Part shown: in pieces, positions 38,817 to 50,052 of the stretch
Numbering within the stretch: position 1 is the stretch's first letter
How the letters are laid out: each line of letters opens with the position of its first letter
Assembly (NCBI GenBank): GCA_963703315.1
Contig: OY969811.1
Span: 2,944,001 to 3,008,000, forward strand
Direction of reading: 5' to 3'
Source of the DNA: an uncultured cyanobacterium
GTDB taxonomy: Bacteria; Cyanobacteriota; Cyanobacteriia; Pseudanabaenales; Pseudanabaenaceae
Length of the DNA stretch: 64,000 nucleotides
Program-made: the position numbers and the translations under genes
Notes under the pieces: model-generated
Seen by the model: only the letters and a program-made list of their open reading frames with translations
Told to the model about the DNA's origin: nothing
The model's database searches: none

Positions 38817-40718
38817 TTAAACTGTTGCCGCCGTGCGCTTGCGTCTGCCAGCACTAACCGTACCCGTAGTCGTCGGCACTTCACTATTGGTAGAGACAAC
38901 AGCCGCAACGTTGCCATTACTTCCATTTTCAATCTTAGGAATAACTTTGCCGCTGCCTGATTTGAGGGTTACACCTAATGCATTGGGCTTAGGTGCAGGG
39001 GCAGGTGCAGACTGGGTAGAATTTGGAGGTGTTTGTAATAGGAATACAATCACTGGTTTACTTTGAATATGTTGGCGCAACACACGGGTGAGGTCGCGCT
39101 CAAGTTGTCCACGTAAGCCAGTCCAATCTACTTCTAGAGAACCAACATTACGGGCAAAGTTGTCCCAAGAATTAGCTAAGGAATTGTCGATCGCCTTGGC
39201 AACTAAAGCAATAATTTGGGAATGTTCCATCGGTAGAACCACACCGCTTAATTGAATGTCTGGATTTGTGGCAAGCTTACCATCAAGACCCACAGACACC
39301 GCGATCGAGAAGATACCTTCACCAGAAATTTGTTGGCGATCGCGCAATACATCACCTTTCACCATGCCATCGCGAGATGAGTCAACTAGTTCGACACCAG
39401 AAGGAACCTTATCGACGATTTTCATGTAGTTTTGGCAAACTTCAACCACATCACCATTTTCGGCAATGACGATATTTTCGCTAGGAATACCCATTGCTTC
39501 CGCCATCTTGGCGTGCTGCTTCAGCATTCTCAATTCACCATGAGCAGGGAAGAAGAACTTCGGACGGACAAGCGCCAACATCATCTTATGCTCTTCTTGA
39601 GAGCCATGTCCTGAAACGTGAATACCTTTATCATTACCATAAATCACATTCGCACCCAGAGCCATCAATCTGTCAATGGTACGCACCACAGGAATAGTAT
39701 TGCCTGGGATTGGATTAGCAGAGAAAATAATCGTATCGCCTTGACGAACTTCCAGTTGTCTATGGCTGCAATGGGACATTCTGGTTAACGCCGACATTGA
39801 CTCACCTTGCGAACCTGTAGTCAAAATTAGAATTTGATCATCGCGGTAATGACGCAGATTTTGCAAAGGTTGGAATAGATCATCACGGCACTTGATATAG
39901 CCGAGGTTACGGGCATGGGCTATCACGTTTAGCATCGATCGCCCAACCACGCCAACCACACGCCCTTGTTTATCAGCGATATCCAAAATCATGTTTACAC
40001 GATGCACTGAAGAAGCAAAGGTGGTGATAATCACGCGACCTTTTGCCATCATGATGTATTTCTCAAGGTTAGGATATACGGCTCTTTCCGAAGGCGTAAT
40101 GCCGGGGCGTTCCGCATTAGTCGAATCACTAATTAAAGCCAATACGCCTTTTTCGCCATGTTCAGCTAGACGTGCAAGGTCAAAGAATTCACCATCAACG
40201 GGAGTATGGTCAATTTTGAAATCACCAGAGTGAATTACCATTCCCGCAGGTGTATTAATCGCGATCGAGAAACTATCGGCGATCGAGTGGGTATTGCGAA
40301 TGAATTCCACAAAGAAGTTTGCACCGACCCGAACAACATCACGGGGCATGACACGGCGGAGTTCGGTACGATTGAGGACACCTGCTTCACGGAGCTTATC
40401 CTCCAGCAAAGCCATCGCCAAGCGAGGACCGTAAATAACAGGGATTTCAAACTGTTTCAAATGGAAAGAAATTGCCCCAATATGATCTTCATGACCATGA
40501 GTGACGATCATTCCCTTGATCTTATGCTTGTTGTCACGCAAGTAGGTCATGTCGGGCAAGACCACGTTTACTCCCGGCATCATGTTGTCAGGGAAGGACA
40601 AACCACCGTCAAGGAGCATGATTTCGTCGTTATATTCAAACACCCATGTGTTTTTGCCGATTTCATGAAGTCCACCGAGGGCAATAATTTTGAGAGCAGG
40701 CACGTTAGATGTAGTCAT
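38817..40718 (-). CDS. rnj: Ribonuclease J
   Basis: LGGLHEIGKN, THGHEDHIG, HSGDFK, TGSQGE, HVSGH. Confidence 0.97.
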   Translation of the reverse strand: MTTSNVPALKIIALGGLHEIGKNTWVFEYNDEIMLLDGGLSFPDNMMPGVNVVLPDMTYLRDNKHKIKGMIVTHGHEDHIGAISFHLKQFEIPVIYGPRLAMALLEDKLREAGVLNRTELRRVMPRDVVRVGANFFVEFIRNTHSIADSFSIAINTPAGMVIHSGDFKIDHTPVDGEFFDLARLAEHGEKGVLALISDSTNAERPGITPSERAVYPNLEKYIMMAKGRVIITTFASSVHRVNMILDIADKQGRVVGVVGRSMLNVIAHARNLGYIKCRDDLFQPLQNLRHYRDDQILILTTGSQGESMSALTRMSHCSHRQLEVRQGDTIIFSANPIPGNTIPVVRTIDRLMALGANVIYGNDKGIHVSGHGSQEEHKMMLALVRPKFFFPAHGELRMLKQHAKMAEAMGIPSENIVIAENGDVVEVCQNYMKIVDKVPSGVELVDSSRDGMVKGDVLRDRQQISGEGIFSIAVSVGLDGKLATNPDIQLSGVVLPMEHSQIIALVAKAIDNSLANSWDNFARNVGSLEVDWTGLRGQLERDLTRVLRQHIQSKPVIVFLLQTPPNSTQSAPAPAPKPNALGVTLKSGSGKVIPKIENGSNGNVAAVVSTNSEVPTTTGTVSAGRRKRTAATV

Positions 40719-40933
40719 AGGTTATCTCTTGTGTAAAGTAAAAAATAAAAGGTAAAAAGGAAAAAATTGAATGTTCAAAATGATTCAATTTAATGAGGAA
40801 GAACAAAACTTTGCGGTTCTAAATGCTTGGCTAGAATGACTAAAAAGGTATAGTTCCCCCACCAGTTCATTCTCAGTAAAAGCAGTAAAACTCTATGTCT
40901 CTGGATTTAAAGTTCACTTAAAGTTCTCAGAAG

Positions 40934-41827
40934 TTAGGCAAGGATTCCTACTTGCTCTAATACAGCTTTGAGCTTGGCTTCAAGTTCAGCAGTACCTGCA
41001 ACTAGAGGCGATCGCACCACGCCCGTATCTAATCCTAATAAGCGTAAAGCTAACTTTAAAGGAATTGGATTACTAGTTAAAAATAAAGCCTTAAACAAAG
41101 GAAAAAGCTGAATATGTATTTGTAAAGCTTCCTGAACTTTACCTGCGGTAAAGGATTGCATCATCATTTGTAGTTGCTTACCAACTAAATGCGAGGCAAC
41201 ACTAACAACTCCCTTTGCACCCACTGCCATCAAGGGCAGTGTTAGAGAGTCATCTCCTGAATAGATCGCAAAATCGGCTGGTGTGAGGGCGCGAATTTGA
41301 CTGGCTTGATCTAAATCGCCCGTTGCTTCCTTAATCCCGATGATACTGGGAATCTCAGCGAGTCTCGCAACGGTTTCAGGCTCTAGTTTGCAACCTGTAC
41401 GACTGGGAACATTATAGAGAAGAATCGGAAGCTCTGGTGCAGCCTCAGCGATCGCTCGAAAATGTTGATAGAGTCCTTCTTGCGGAGGTTTGTTGTAATA
41501 CGGTGTTACTTGCAGTGTACCATCTAATCCGAGATGTGCAGCTTTTGTCGTGGCTGCGATCGCCTCAGAAGTGGAATTTGATCCTGTACCTGCCATGATT
41601 TTCGCTTTACCAGCGATCGCCTTTTGCAGCACCGAAAACAACTGATATTCCTCATCCCAGCTTAGGGTTGGTGATTCACCTGTGGTCCCGCACACCACAA
41701 TCGTATCGGTTCCCGTCTCCACCAAATGAATGGCAAGCTTTTCTGCTTTCGCATAATCGACATTCCCTTCTATGTCGAAGGGAGTAATCATGGCTGTTAG
41801 TAAACGTCCGAAATCGATTTCACTCAT
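40934..41827 (-). CDS. dapA: 4-hydroxy-tetrahydrodipicolinate synthase
   Basis: [33 protein letters not shown]. Confidence 0.97.
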   Translation of the reverse strand: MSEIDFGRLLTAMITPFDIEGNVDYAKAEKLAIHLVETGTDTIVVCGTTGESPTLSWDEEYQLFSVLQKAIAGKAKIMAGTGSNSTSEAIAATTKAAHLGLDGTLQVTPYYNKPPQEGLYQHFRAIAEAAPELPILLYNVPSRTGCKLEPETVARLAEIPSIIGIKEATGDLDQASQIRALTPADFAIYSGDDSLTLPLMAVGAKGVVSVASHLVGKQLQMMMQSFTAGKVQEALQIHIQLFPLFKALFLTSNPIPLKLALRLLGLDTGVVRSPLVAGTAELEAKLKAVLEQVGILA

Positions 41828-41869
41828 AGATACTCATAAAATAGAAGCTTGTCGAAAGCTGATAAACCT

Positions 41870-42886
41870 TTAGAGAAGAGACTTAGCAATCAATAATTCC
41901 GCAATCTGGACTGCATTCAGTGCCGCACCTTTACGAATTTGATCGCCACATAGCCATAATTCCAAGCCATTCGGATGCGAAATATCTTGGCGAATTCTAC
42001 CTACTAGTACATCATCTTTGCCACTGGCATCAATCGGCATTGGGAAGTAGTTTTTGCTAAAGTCTTCAACCAACTGCACCCCAGCCGCCGATTCTAGAAT
42101 TTCTCTCGCTTTTTCGACGGGAAAAGGATGGGCAAATTCTAGATTAAGGGCTTCAGAATGCGCTCGTAATACGGGAACCCGTACACAGGTTGCCGTGATC
42201 CGAATATCTTGATCACCAAAAATCTTGCGAGTTTCATTCACCATTTTCATCTCTTCCTCACAATAGGAATTGTCAGTCATCGGTGAATTATGGGGAAACA
42301 GGTTAAACGCGAGGGGATAGGGCAGAATCTCAGCTACAGCAGGTTCACCGTTGAGAATTGCTTGTGACTGCACTTTTACCTCTTCCATTGCCCTTGCGCC
42401 TGCACCACTTGCCGATTGGTAAGTAGCAGCCACAATCCGTTTGATTGGCTGTACTTGATGCAGAGGATAGATTGCCACCGTCATCAAAATGGTGGTGCAA
42501 TTGGGATTAGCAATAATGCCCTTATGATGAGCCGCCGCTTCAGGATTGACCTCTGGCACAATCAAAGGCACATCGGGATGCATCCGAAAAGCACTAGAGT
42601 TATCAATGGATACGGCTCCTGCTTTCGCGGCGATCGGCAGCCATTTTTTGGAGATACTCCCACCTGCGGAAGCAAGCACAATTTGGACATCATCAAAAGA
42701 AGACTCGGTGACAGCTTCAATGATCAAATCTTCGCCAGCAAAGCGCACTGACTTACCAGCCGATCGCTCTGATGCAAGAACCTTTAGTTTTCCTAAAGGG
42801 AAATTTCTCTCTTCTAGCAATGCTAAAAGCTCTGTGCCGACCGCACCTGTTGCTCCAAGAATGGCAACGTTATATTTCCTACTCAA
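41870..42886 (-). CDS. asd: Aspartate-semialdehyde dehydrogenase
   Basis: GATGAVG, DNSSAFR, ANPNCTT, TCVRVPV, RKGAALN. Confidence 0.97.
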   Translation of the reverse strand: MSRKYNVAILGATGAVGTELLALLEERNFPLGKLKVLASERSAGKSVRFAGEDLIIEAVTESSFDDVQIVLASAGGSISKKWLPIAAKAGAVSIDNSSAFRMHPDVPLIVPEVNPEAAAHHKGIIANPNCTTILMTVAIYPLHQVQPIKRIVAATYQSASGAGARAMEEVKVQSQAILNGEPAVAEILPYPLAFNLFPHNSPMTDNSYCEEEMKMVNETRKIFGDQDIRITATCVRVPVLRAHSEALNLEFAHPFPVEKAREILESAAGVQLVEDFSKNYFPMPIDASGKDDVLVGRIRQDISHPNGLELWLCGDQIRKGAALNAVQIAELLIAKSLL

Positions 42887-43024
42887 TGAACCTCCAAAAT
42901 AAAAACATCAAATTAAGTGGAAAACTTTTGCTAAGCCCAAGAGATGACTTATGTGTAGCTTTGTCATTTCTGTCTTGCTTAACCATATATTAACAAACTT
43001 TCGGAATATTGCTAGCTTTTTTGT

Positions 43025-43297
43025 CTATGGTCCTGTAAAAATTGCATCTTCAACATCTTGACGGCTGAGGGAGTAGGGAAAAGCCCGTTGGACTTCTTTG
43101 CCACCATAAGCATCTTGAATATAACGGACACGAATATCCTCAACATCCATGATGATTTCCGCTTGCCATAATGGTCGGGTGACGCGCCAAACGTTAGGAT
43201 TGGATTGATCTTGGTCACAACCCTGTGCGTCTAACCATGCTTCGAGTGCTGGCAGAGGGTGATTGTAAAGCGGAGTTGTTGGGGATGGGAGCGCCAT
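43025..43297 (-). CDS. DUF3143 family protein
   Basis: LPSPTTPLYNHPLP.LE.WL, FPYSLSRQDVEDAIF.GP. Confidence 0.85.
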   Translation of the reverse strand: MALPSPTTPLYNHPLPALEAWLDAQGCDQDQSNPNVWRVTRPLWQAEIIMDVEDIRVRYIQDAYGGKEVQRAFPYSLSRQDVEDAIFTGP

Positions 43298-43377
43298 AGG
43301 TGACGATTTTACTGGAAATTTACTAGAAAGATATGTAGATGGCTGCATTTGGATGCAAAAAGATAGCTACGCCATTT

Positions 43378-43851
43378 TTAGTTTTGGTATAAGGAAGTGA
43401 TCGCTTCGGGGAAAAGGCGATCGCCACGCAGCAAGGCAACTAAAACTACGAGAACTAGACAGGCAACTAGCGTACCACCAATTAACAAGAGTGCAAATAG
43501 CTCTCCCCCAGATAAAGGTCTTTCAGTAGGTAAGCCGTCATCATCAATAGTTTGCAGATTTTTAGGAAACTGATTTTGTGATTTTACACTATTGCTAGAG
43601 CCTGTTTTGCTGGTGTAATCAAATCGTGAAAACTGAATACGACGATCATAGGCACTACGGCGATCGGCATTGCTGAGGGTGGCGTATGCTTCGTTAATTT
43701 GCCGAAAATTTTCTACAGCAATATCTTTAGGCAATACGGTAGTATCAGGATGATAAGTTTTGCTGAGATCACGATAGGCACGACGAATTTCGACTTCATT
43801 TGCCCAGGGTGTGACACCGAGAATAGCGTAGTAAGTTTTAGCTTGACTCAT
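43378..43851 (-). CDS. J-domain (DnaJ-like) membrane protein
   Basis: YYAILGV, HPD motif, INEAYATLS, RPLSGGE plus C-terminal TM. Confidence 0.9.
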   Translation of the reverse strand: MSQAKTYYAILGVTPWANEVEIRRAYRDLSKTYHPDTTVLPKDIAVENFRQINEAYATLSNADRRSAYDRRIQFSRFDYTSKTGSSNSVKSQNQFPKNLQTIDDDGLPTERPLSGGELFALLLIGGTLVACLVLVVLVALLRGDRLFPEAITSLYQN

Positions 43852-43882
43852 CACGATCTTCACTAAGGGTTTTGTATTTTAC

Positions 43883-44015
43883 AAGGAACCAGTTATTTGT
43901 GGCACGGCTTCGCCGTGCTACAAACAACTAGTTCCTTATGAGGAAAACACAACTCATCTAGTTTTTGGCTTTTATATCTTATTTTTATATCTTAACTTTA
44001 CTGGCGGTTGCTATA
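43883..44015. repeat. Palindrome with GGC-TTC-GCC core and downstream GCTATA end
   Basis: aaggaaccagttatttgtggcacggc ttc gccgtgctacaaacaactagttcctt ... ggcggttgctata. Confidence 0.6.
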
Positions 44016-44072
44016 GTTTAGTGATTATTATTTTAGTCTGACACGTTCCATTCTTTGAGTTGTGCTATTTCC

Positions 44073-44975
44073 ATGCCTTGGACTCGCATTATTAGTGCTT
44101 TGTTAGTCATTCCGCTCGTATTAGCGGCGATCGCTATTGGTGGTTGGGCTTTTACCGCAGCTTTTGCGTTGCTGGTAGTTTTTGGGCAGATGGAATATTT
44201 TGCACTGGTGCGGGTCAAGGAGATCGTACCTGCTAGCAAAATCACAATTTTCTTGAGTTTAGCATTACTCATCGTTTCCCAATTGAATGTAAATCTTGCC
44301 GATGCCATGATCCCGATCGCGGGTACATTTATTTGTTTTTATCTGCTATTTCAGTCCCGTATTGCCACGATCGCCGATATTTCAGCATCGATATTAGGGT
44401 TATTTTATGGCGGCTATTTACCGAGCTTTTGGGTGCGGATCAGGGGCATTGGTGATGGGGCAAGTTTTCAAGTCAGCGATCGCTTGATGCAGCTTGATTT
44501 TTTTAGTCATTTACGCAATCTGGAACAACTCCAATTTGCAAGGATTACTTTCCCTGTATCTGATGGTTGTATTTATGTCCTCATGGGTTTTTGTTGTATA
44601 TGGGGATCGGATGTAGGCGCTTATATATTTGGCAAGATTTTTGGACGCACCCGCCTGTCCGATATCAGTCCCAAGAAAACTGTCGAAGGGGCGATCGCAG
44701 GTTTACTGTGCTGTTGTGCAACGGCGATTATTTGGGCATTTAGTCTAGGATGGACGCATTGGGGTGTATCTGGCACAATTTTAGGCTTATTAATTGGGAT
44801 CGCAGGTTTGCTAGGAGATCTCACCGAATCAATGATGAAACGTGATGCTGGGGTCAAGGATTCTGGACAAATTATGCCTGGACATGGGGGCATTCTCGAT
44901 CGCGCTGATAGTTATGTGTTTACTGCCCCATTGGTCTATTACTTTCTGACTTTAATCCTGCCCCTTGTCCGTTAA
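44073..44975 (+). CDS. cdsA: Phosphatidate cytidylyltransferase
   Basis: SDVGAY, ISPKKTVEG, GDLTESMMKRDAGVKDSG, PGHGGILDR. Confidence 0.96.
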   Translation: MPWTRIISALLVIPLVLAAIAIGGWAFTAAFALLVVFGQMEYFALVRVKEIVPASKITIFLSLALLIVSQLNVNLADAMIPIAGTFICFYLLFQSRIATIADISASILGLFYGGYLPSFWVRIRGIGDGASFQVSDRLMQLDFFSHLRNLEQLQFARITFPVSDGCIYVLMGFCCIWGSDVGAYIFGKIFGRTRLSDISPKKTVEGAIAGLLCCCATAIIWAFSLGWTHWGVSGTILGLLIGIAGLLGDLTESMMKRDAGVKDSGQIMPGHGGILDRADSYVFTAPLVYYFLTLILPLVR

Positions 44976-45013
44976 TTGCGCCATTTGCATAAACCGCATG
45001 ACAAGTTGGATCG

Positions 45014-45056
45014 TTGGTGGCTTTCGTTTGGGTAAATCCCAAACGAAAGCCACCAA
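45014..45056. terminator. 19-bp-arm hairpin between convergent cdsA and ileS
   Basis: ttggtggctttcgtttggg taaat cccaaacgaaagccaccaa. Confidence 0.7.
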
Positions 45057-45115
45057 TGCCAGCAAATAGGTCGATAAATCGTAATTGAGTTACAGCTTAT
45101 GTTAAATGAACTGCT

Positions 45116-48004
45116 CTAGAAAGTACCTGCTAATGCACCAACACAGCGATCGCAAATACGGGGATGCTCAGCCAACTCACCGATATGGGTGGAGTAGTTC
45201 CAGCAACGGGGGCATTTTTCGCCATCGGCTTTGACCACAGCAATCTTGAGGTTCTCGGCTTCACCTGTGAAGTCAGTAGTAGTTAAACTATCGACGATCT
45301 CCGCTTGGGAAACGATGAAAAGATAACGCAACTCTTCACCGAGAGAAGCTAAATAATCCTTTTGGGTTGGATCAGATACAGATAGCAAGACTTTTGCTTC
45401 CAATGGTGCGCCAATAAGTTTACCTGTTCGTGCTGATTCCAAGACTTTATTGACTTCCGATCGCACTTCACGGAGATATTCCCACTTATTTGCCAGTTCA
45501 TGCTTCTGCCATTCATCATGAGCCGTAAACCAACCCGATTGGAAGACTGACTTGGTAGGTGCGGGATAGGGTAAGTGTTGCCAGATATCTTCAGCAGTGT
45601 GAGCTAGTACGGGTGCGATCGCTTTCGTAATCATTTCTAGGCAATACATCAACACCGTTTGGCAACTGCGGCGACGGGCAGCATTTGGCGCACTGATATA
45701 GAGCCGATCTTTGGCAATATCTAGATAGAAGTTAGATAAATCGACTGTGCAGAAGTTTTGGATGGCTTGAAAGAATCGCGAGAACTGGAATTTCTCGTAT
45801 GCTTCGGTGATGTCCTTGGTAACTTCAGAGAGACGATGCAGGATATAGCGATCGCTTTCTGGTAAATCGGCATAGGCAACTGTATCTTTTGTAGGATCGA
45901 AGTCAAAGAGATTACTCAGTAAGAATCTGGCGGTATTACGAATCTTGCGCGATACATCGGACATTTGCGCCAAAATGGTCTTACCGACAGGAACATCACT
46001 GCTATAATCCACACTTGCAGCCCAGAGACGAATCACATCAGCACCGTAGGGAGGTTCTTTTTTCTGGTCTTTACCGCCATTGATCACCACCATCGGATTG
46101 ACAATATTGCCAAGGGATTTACTCATTTTCTGACCCTTCTCATCCAGCAAAAAGCCATGAGTTAGTACCGTCTTATAAGGTGCATAACCATTGGTTGCCA
46201 CGCTGGTCAAGAGGGACGATTGGAACCAGCCACGATGTTGATCGGAGCCTTCTAGATAGATATCCGCAGGATAGTTGAGTTCGTAGGGAACTAGCTCAGA
46301 ATCATGGCTTTCCCCACCAAGTACGGCTGCCCATGAAGAACCAGAGTCAAACCAGACATCCATTGTGTCTGTACCCTTACGGTATTTGCGACCATTATTT
46401 TTGTAGGCTTCAGGAAGCAAATCATCTACTTCTCTTTCCCACCAAATATCAGAGCCATGTTCACGGATTAACTTTTGAATATGCTGAATGGTTTCCTCGG
46501 TAAGCAAAGGCTCATTAGTTTCTTCGTCATAGAACACAGGAATCGGTACACCCCAAGTGCGTTGACGCGAAATACACCAATCTGATCGCTCTTGCACCAT
46601 TGAGGTAATCCGATTCTCACCAACCGCAGGAATCCAGTTAACTTCTTTGATCGATTTTAAAGCTTCCTCACGGAAACCATCAATGGAGGCAAACCATTGC
46701 TCAGTGGCGCGAACAATCACAGGCTTCTTAGTACGCCAATCATAAGGATATTTGTGGTTATAGGCTTCTTCTTTAATCAGGGTTCCATTAGCAGTCAAAA
46801 TTTCGACAACTTTGGCATTACCTTCTTTGAGAACGCTCAAACCTGCTAATTCTTCGCCAGCATCTTCATTAAAAATACCGCGATCATCGACAAGCGAGAT
46901 CATGCCCAGATGATATTTTCTGCCCACTACAAAGTCATCTTGACCATGATTAGGAGCCGTGTGGACTAAGCCAGTTCCAGATTCGGCGGTAACATGATCG
47001 CCCAGCACAATTGGACTAGGGCGATCAACAATTGGATGCTTAGCAATGGTTCCTTCGAGAACATCACCCTTGAATGTGTATTTCACTTCCAAATCTTGCT
47101 CAAAGGTGGCGGCTAGCTTCTCAACTAGTTCTGTGGCGACGATATAGTTCTTGTCACCAGCAGCAACGATGCTGTAGCTGAGATGAGGATTGGCACTAAT
47201 GCCCAAGTTGGCAGGGATCGTCCAAGGTGTCGTTGTCCAGATCACGGCATGGAGATTTGGCAGATCGGAGATCGCCTTTAACTTCTCGCTAGATTGAGTG
47301 ATAGGAAACGCAACATAGATACTACGCGAAATATGATTTTCAGGATATTCCAATTCCGCTTCCGCAAGTGCCGTATGGGAACTGGGTGACCAGTACACAG
47401 GTTTCAAACCGCGATAGATATAGCCTTTCAAAGCCATTTTAGCGAATACACCAATCTGCGCGGCTTCATATTCAGGCTTGAGGGTGTAGTAGGCGTTTTC
47501 GTAATCACCCCAAACCCCTAAGCGCTTAAAGACCCCCGCCTGTTCCTCAATAGTTTGCAGTGCAAATTCCTTTGCCCTTTGTCGCAACTGTAAAGGCGTA
47601 AGATTAACCCGTTCTTCAGCTTTGATATTTTGCAAGACCTTAAGCTCAATTGGTAAGCCGTGACAGTCCCAACCTAGGACATAGCGGGCTTTGCGACCAC
47701 GCAAAAGTTGATAGCGATTAATAATATCTTTTAACGACTTGCCCAAAGCATGACCCATGTGCAGCGTACCATTGGCGTATGGGGGGCCATCATGGAGCGT
47801 AAAGATATCCCCATTGTTATTGCTGCTCAAGTCTTCGTAAATCCCTTGCTCCTGCCAAAATTTTTGAATCTCTGGTTCACGCGCGATCGCATTTGCCCGC
47901 ATCGAAAAGTTGGTTTGCGGCAAGTTAACGGTGTCTTTATATTGGTTTAAGTCGGCGGAACTATCCGTGAGATTCTCAGATTTGGCTTTAGGAGCAGATG
48001 TCAT
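45116..48004 (-). CDS. ileS: Isoleucine--tRNA ligase
   Basis: HDGPPYANG, HMGH, WTTTPWT, KMSKS, C-terminal CPRCW..CDRC zinc finger. Confidence 0.98.
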   Translation of the reverse strand: MTSAPKAKSENLTDSSADLNQYKDTVNLPQTNFSMRANAIAREPEIQKFWQEQGIYEDLSSNNNGDIFTLHDGPPYANGTLHMGHALGKSLKDIINRYQLLRGRKARYVLGWDCHGLPIELKVLQNIKAEERVNLTPLQLRQRAKEFALQTIEEQAGVFKRLGVWGDYENAYYTLKPEYEAAQIGVFAKMALKGYIYRGLKPVYWSPSSHTALAEAELEYPENHISRSIYVAFPITQSSEKLKAISDLPNLHAVIWTTTPWTIPANLGISANPHLSYSIVAAGDKNYIVATELVEKLAATFEQDLEVKYTFKGDVLEGTIAKHPIVDRPSPIVLGDHVTAESGTGLVHTAPNHGQDDFVVGRKYHLGMISLVDDRGIFNEDAGEELAGLSVLKEGNAKVVEILTANGTLIKEEAYNHKYPYDWRTKKPVIVRATEQWFASIDGFREEALKSIKEVNWIPAVGENRITSMVQERSDWCISRQRTWGVPIPVFYDEETNEPLLTEETIQHIQKLIREHGSDIWWEREVDDLLPEAYKNNGRKYRKGTDTMDVWFDSGSSWAAVLGGESHDSELVPYELNYPADIYLEGSDQHRGWFQSSLLTSVATNGYAPYKTVLTHGFLLDEKGQKMSKSLGNIVNPMVVINGGKDQKKEPPYGADVIRLWAASVDYSSDVPVGKTILAQMSDVSRKIRNTARFLLSNLFDFDPTKDTVAYADLPESDRYILHRLSEVTKDITEAYEKFQFSRFFQAIQNFCTVDLSNFYLDIAKDRLYISAPNAARRRSCQTVLMYCLEMITKAIAPVLAHTAEDIWQHLPYPAPTKSVFQSGWFTAHDEWQKHELANKWEYLREVRSEVNKVLESARTGKLIGAPLEAKVLLSVSDPTQKDYLASLGEELRYLFIVSQAEIVDSLTTTDFTGEAENLKIAVVKADGEKCPRCWNYSTHIGELAEHPRICDRCVGALAGTF

Positions 48005-48123
48005 ATTTTTATGTTGATATTTAAGCTATTTATATAGAGCAGGGCGATCGCTATTATAGTTAAAACATGGAGATCAATGCTTAGCATAGATAGAAATACT
48101 GTCAAAAATACTGGTTGCGTCCT

Positions 48124-48735
48124 ATGGCACTCAAAATCGGTAAATTAGAAATTGGGTTACGTTTGCTCATTTCCCTAGCCGCGATCGCGATCGCCTATGG
48201 ATATTTAGGAAGTAGCATCTGCACATTATTGCGTTCTGGTGATTACCTAACCTCAGGCTTATTATTCTTGCTAGGTGTGACCAGTATATTTGCCATACCC
48301 CAAAGTCTCGGAGGACTGTTAGCGGCGATCGCCTCAGTACTGATTGTCTATTGGCAAGTCAGCCTCAACTCTAGTCTAATTACGACAGGTGTTTGTATAG
48401 GGCTTTATTTGCTAAGTTTCCAAGACCTGCGTTACGATCCTGAGCCAGATAAAAAACTATCCATAACCGAGATTATCGCTACATTAATTACTCTCGCCTT
48501 CACAGTCACAACCACCCTGATCATTTTGAAGTACCCAGTTCATTGGTCAGCTAGCATCACCATCGGGGCGATCGCAGGGGCAATTACTCTTATTGGTAAA
48601 CAACTAAGCTATATAGATTTGTCTGAAAAAGTAATTTGGCGATCGCTGGGTATAGTAAGCGGAACTGGTTTGGTGACTGGATTTGTCATTAGAGCTATTT
48701 TATATGCCACAAGCAAGCCCGTATATCTCTTTTAA
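48124..48735 (+). CDS. Hypothetical multi-pass membrane protein
   Basis: About 200-aa ORF with several hydrophobic segments; no recognised motif. Confidence 0.65.
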   Translation: MALKIGKLEIGLRLLISLAAIAIAYGYLGSSICTLLRSGDYLTSGLLFLLGVTSIFAIPQSLGGLLAAIASVLIVYWQVSLNSSLITTGVCIGLYLLSFQDLRYDPEPDKKLSITEIIATLITLAFTVTTTLIILKYPVHWSASITIGAIAGAITLIGKQLSYIDLSEKVIWRSLGIVSGTGLVTGFVIRAILYATSKPVYLF

Positions 48736-48841
48736 ATTCTATTATTTAATCCCTTAGCGTAAATTCCCCAACGCTCTGCGGCGAGATAGTTAATTCAACC
48801 ATAAAATTCAACCATAAATGGACATTGCCTAAATTACAAAT

Positions 48842-50023
48842 ATGACTATGACGTTATCTACGGTAAAACAGATTTTTTTACAAATAGTCTTGTATTTTTT
48901 TGTCCCTTTAGGAATTTATTTCTGTTCCCATCTTGTGCATCCAGATTGGTATAAACACTTTGTTTATCAGGCTTGGGGATTTCTGCAAGGAAGACTTGAT
49001 CTATGGAATTTACCTAGTTACTACTTGGATCTAATTCACTGGAAAGATAAAGTTTACCTACCGAATCCTCCATTACCTTCAATTTTGCTGATGCCTTTTG
49101 TGGCTATTTGGGGTATCGCCACAGAACAGCTTCGGGTATGTATGCTATTTGGTTCCATAGACGTTTTCTTGGTATGGATATTGCTAGGGCGCATGACTAT
49201 TCAAGGTGCGTTAAGGATTGGGTTAACTATTCTGTATGGATTCGGTACGGTGCATTATAGCGCCAGTATCATCGGCACAATTTGGTTTTATGCCCATGTT
49301 GTTGCCGAATTTGGAATGTTGTTAGCTCTCGTAGAATTTTTTGGAAAACGTCGCTTTGCCTTGATTGGATTTTTCATGGGGCTAGCTTTTTTATCCCGAC
49401 AAGCCACTATTTTGGGTTCTCTGTTTTTCTTGGGATGGCTAATATGGGAACGCCCTGAACGTTGGCTTCAAAAGGGATTAAGTTTTGTCGCAGGTTTTGC
49501 GCCGCCATTTTTATTTCAATCTTGGTTTAACTGGGCGCGGTTTGGAGACCCAATGGAATCGGGATATATGCTGCAAAACTATTATTCATCGGTGCAAGCC
49601 CCTGCCATCCAGAAATATGGCTTGTTTAACATCGCCTATATTCCCAAGCATCTCAAGCTAATTTTTACAGGGATGCCTGATTTTTTACCGCAATTTCCTT
49701 TTGTCCGCCCTAATCCCGAAGGAATGAATATTTGGCTAACTACCCCTGCGTTTTTTGCACTAATTACAGCTAACTGGTTAGATCTGTTCGTGATTTTGGC
49801 AGGGCTATCCGCTTTTTTAATTTCTCTACCAGCAATGATTTATACCGCCACAGGTTGGGTACAGTTTGGCTACCGCTATACTCTCGATTATTTACCCTTT
49901 CTATTTGTGGCGATCGCTAGTGGTTTGCAAAGAATGCCGAAAGTTTTAGCATGGAGCTTAATTATTGCCTCGGTAGTTGTAAATACTTGGGGAGTATATT
50001 GGTCAGTTAAATTAGGATGGTAG
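48842..50023 (+). CDS. Integral membrane protein, probable GT-C glycosyltransferase
   Basis: Multi-TM; YLP.PP.P luminal motif, NWARFGDP, QFGYRY. Confidence 0.65.
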   Translation: MTMTLSTVKQIFLQIVLYFFVPLGIYFCSHLVHPDWYKHFVYQAWGFLQGRLDLWNLPSYYLDLIHWKDKVYLPNPPLPSILLMPFVAIWGIATEQLRVCMLFGSIDVFLVWILLGRMTIQGALRIGLTILYGFGTVHYSASIIGTIWFYAHVVAEFGMLLALVEFFGKRRFALIGFFMGLAFLSRQATILGSLFFLGWLIWERPERWLQKGLSFVAGFAPPFLFQSWFNWARFGDPMESGYMLQNYYSSVQAPAIQKYGLFNIAYIPKHLKLIFTGMPDFLPQFPFVRPNPEGMNIWLTTPAFFALITANWLDLFVILAGLSAFLISLPAMIYTATGWVQFGYRYTLDYLPFLFVAIASGLQRMPKVLAWSLIIASVVVNTWGVYWSVKLGW

Positions 50024-50052
50024 AAGCCTGAGAGAAGATTGCCTCTGTCTAA

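Noticed and set aside
40206..40736. 176-aa ORF antisense to rnj (and similar shadow ORFs over atpD, pnt, asd, ileS, hpsA)
   Set aside because: Shadow frames of well-supported genes, explained by codon bias.
48750..48818. Possible IS200/IS605-type end remnant plus a 14-bp direct repeat (aattcaaccataaa x2)
   Set aside because: Too short and degenerate, and no transposase sequence nearby.
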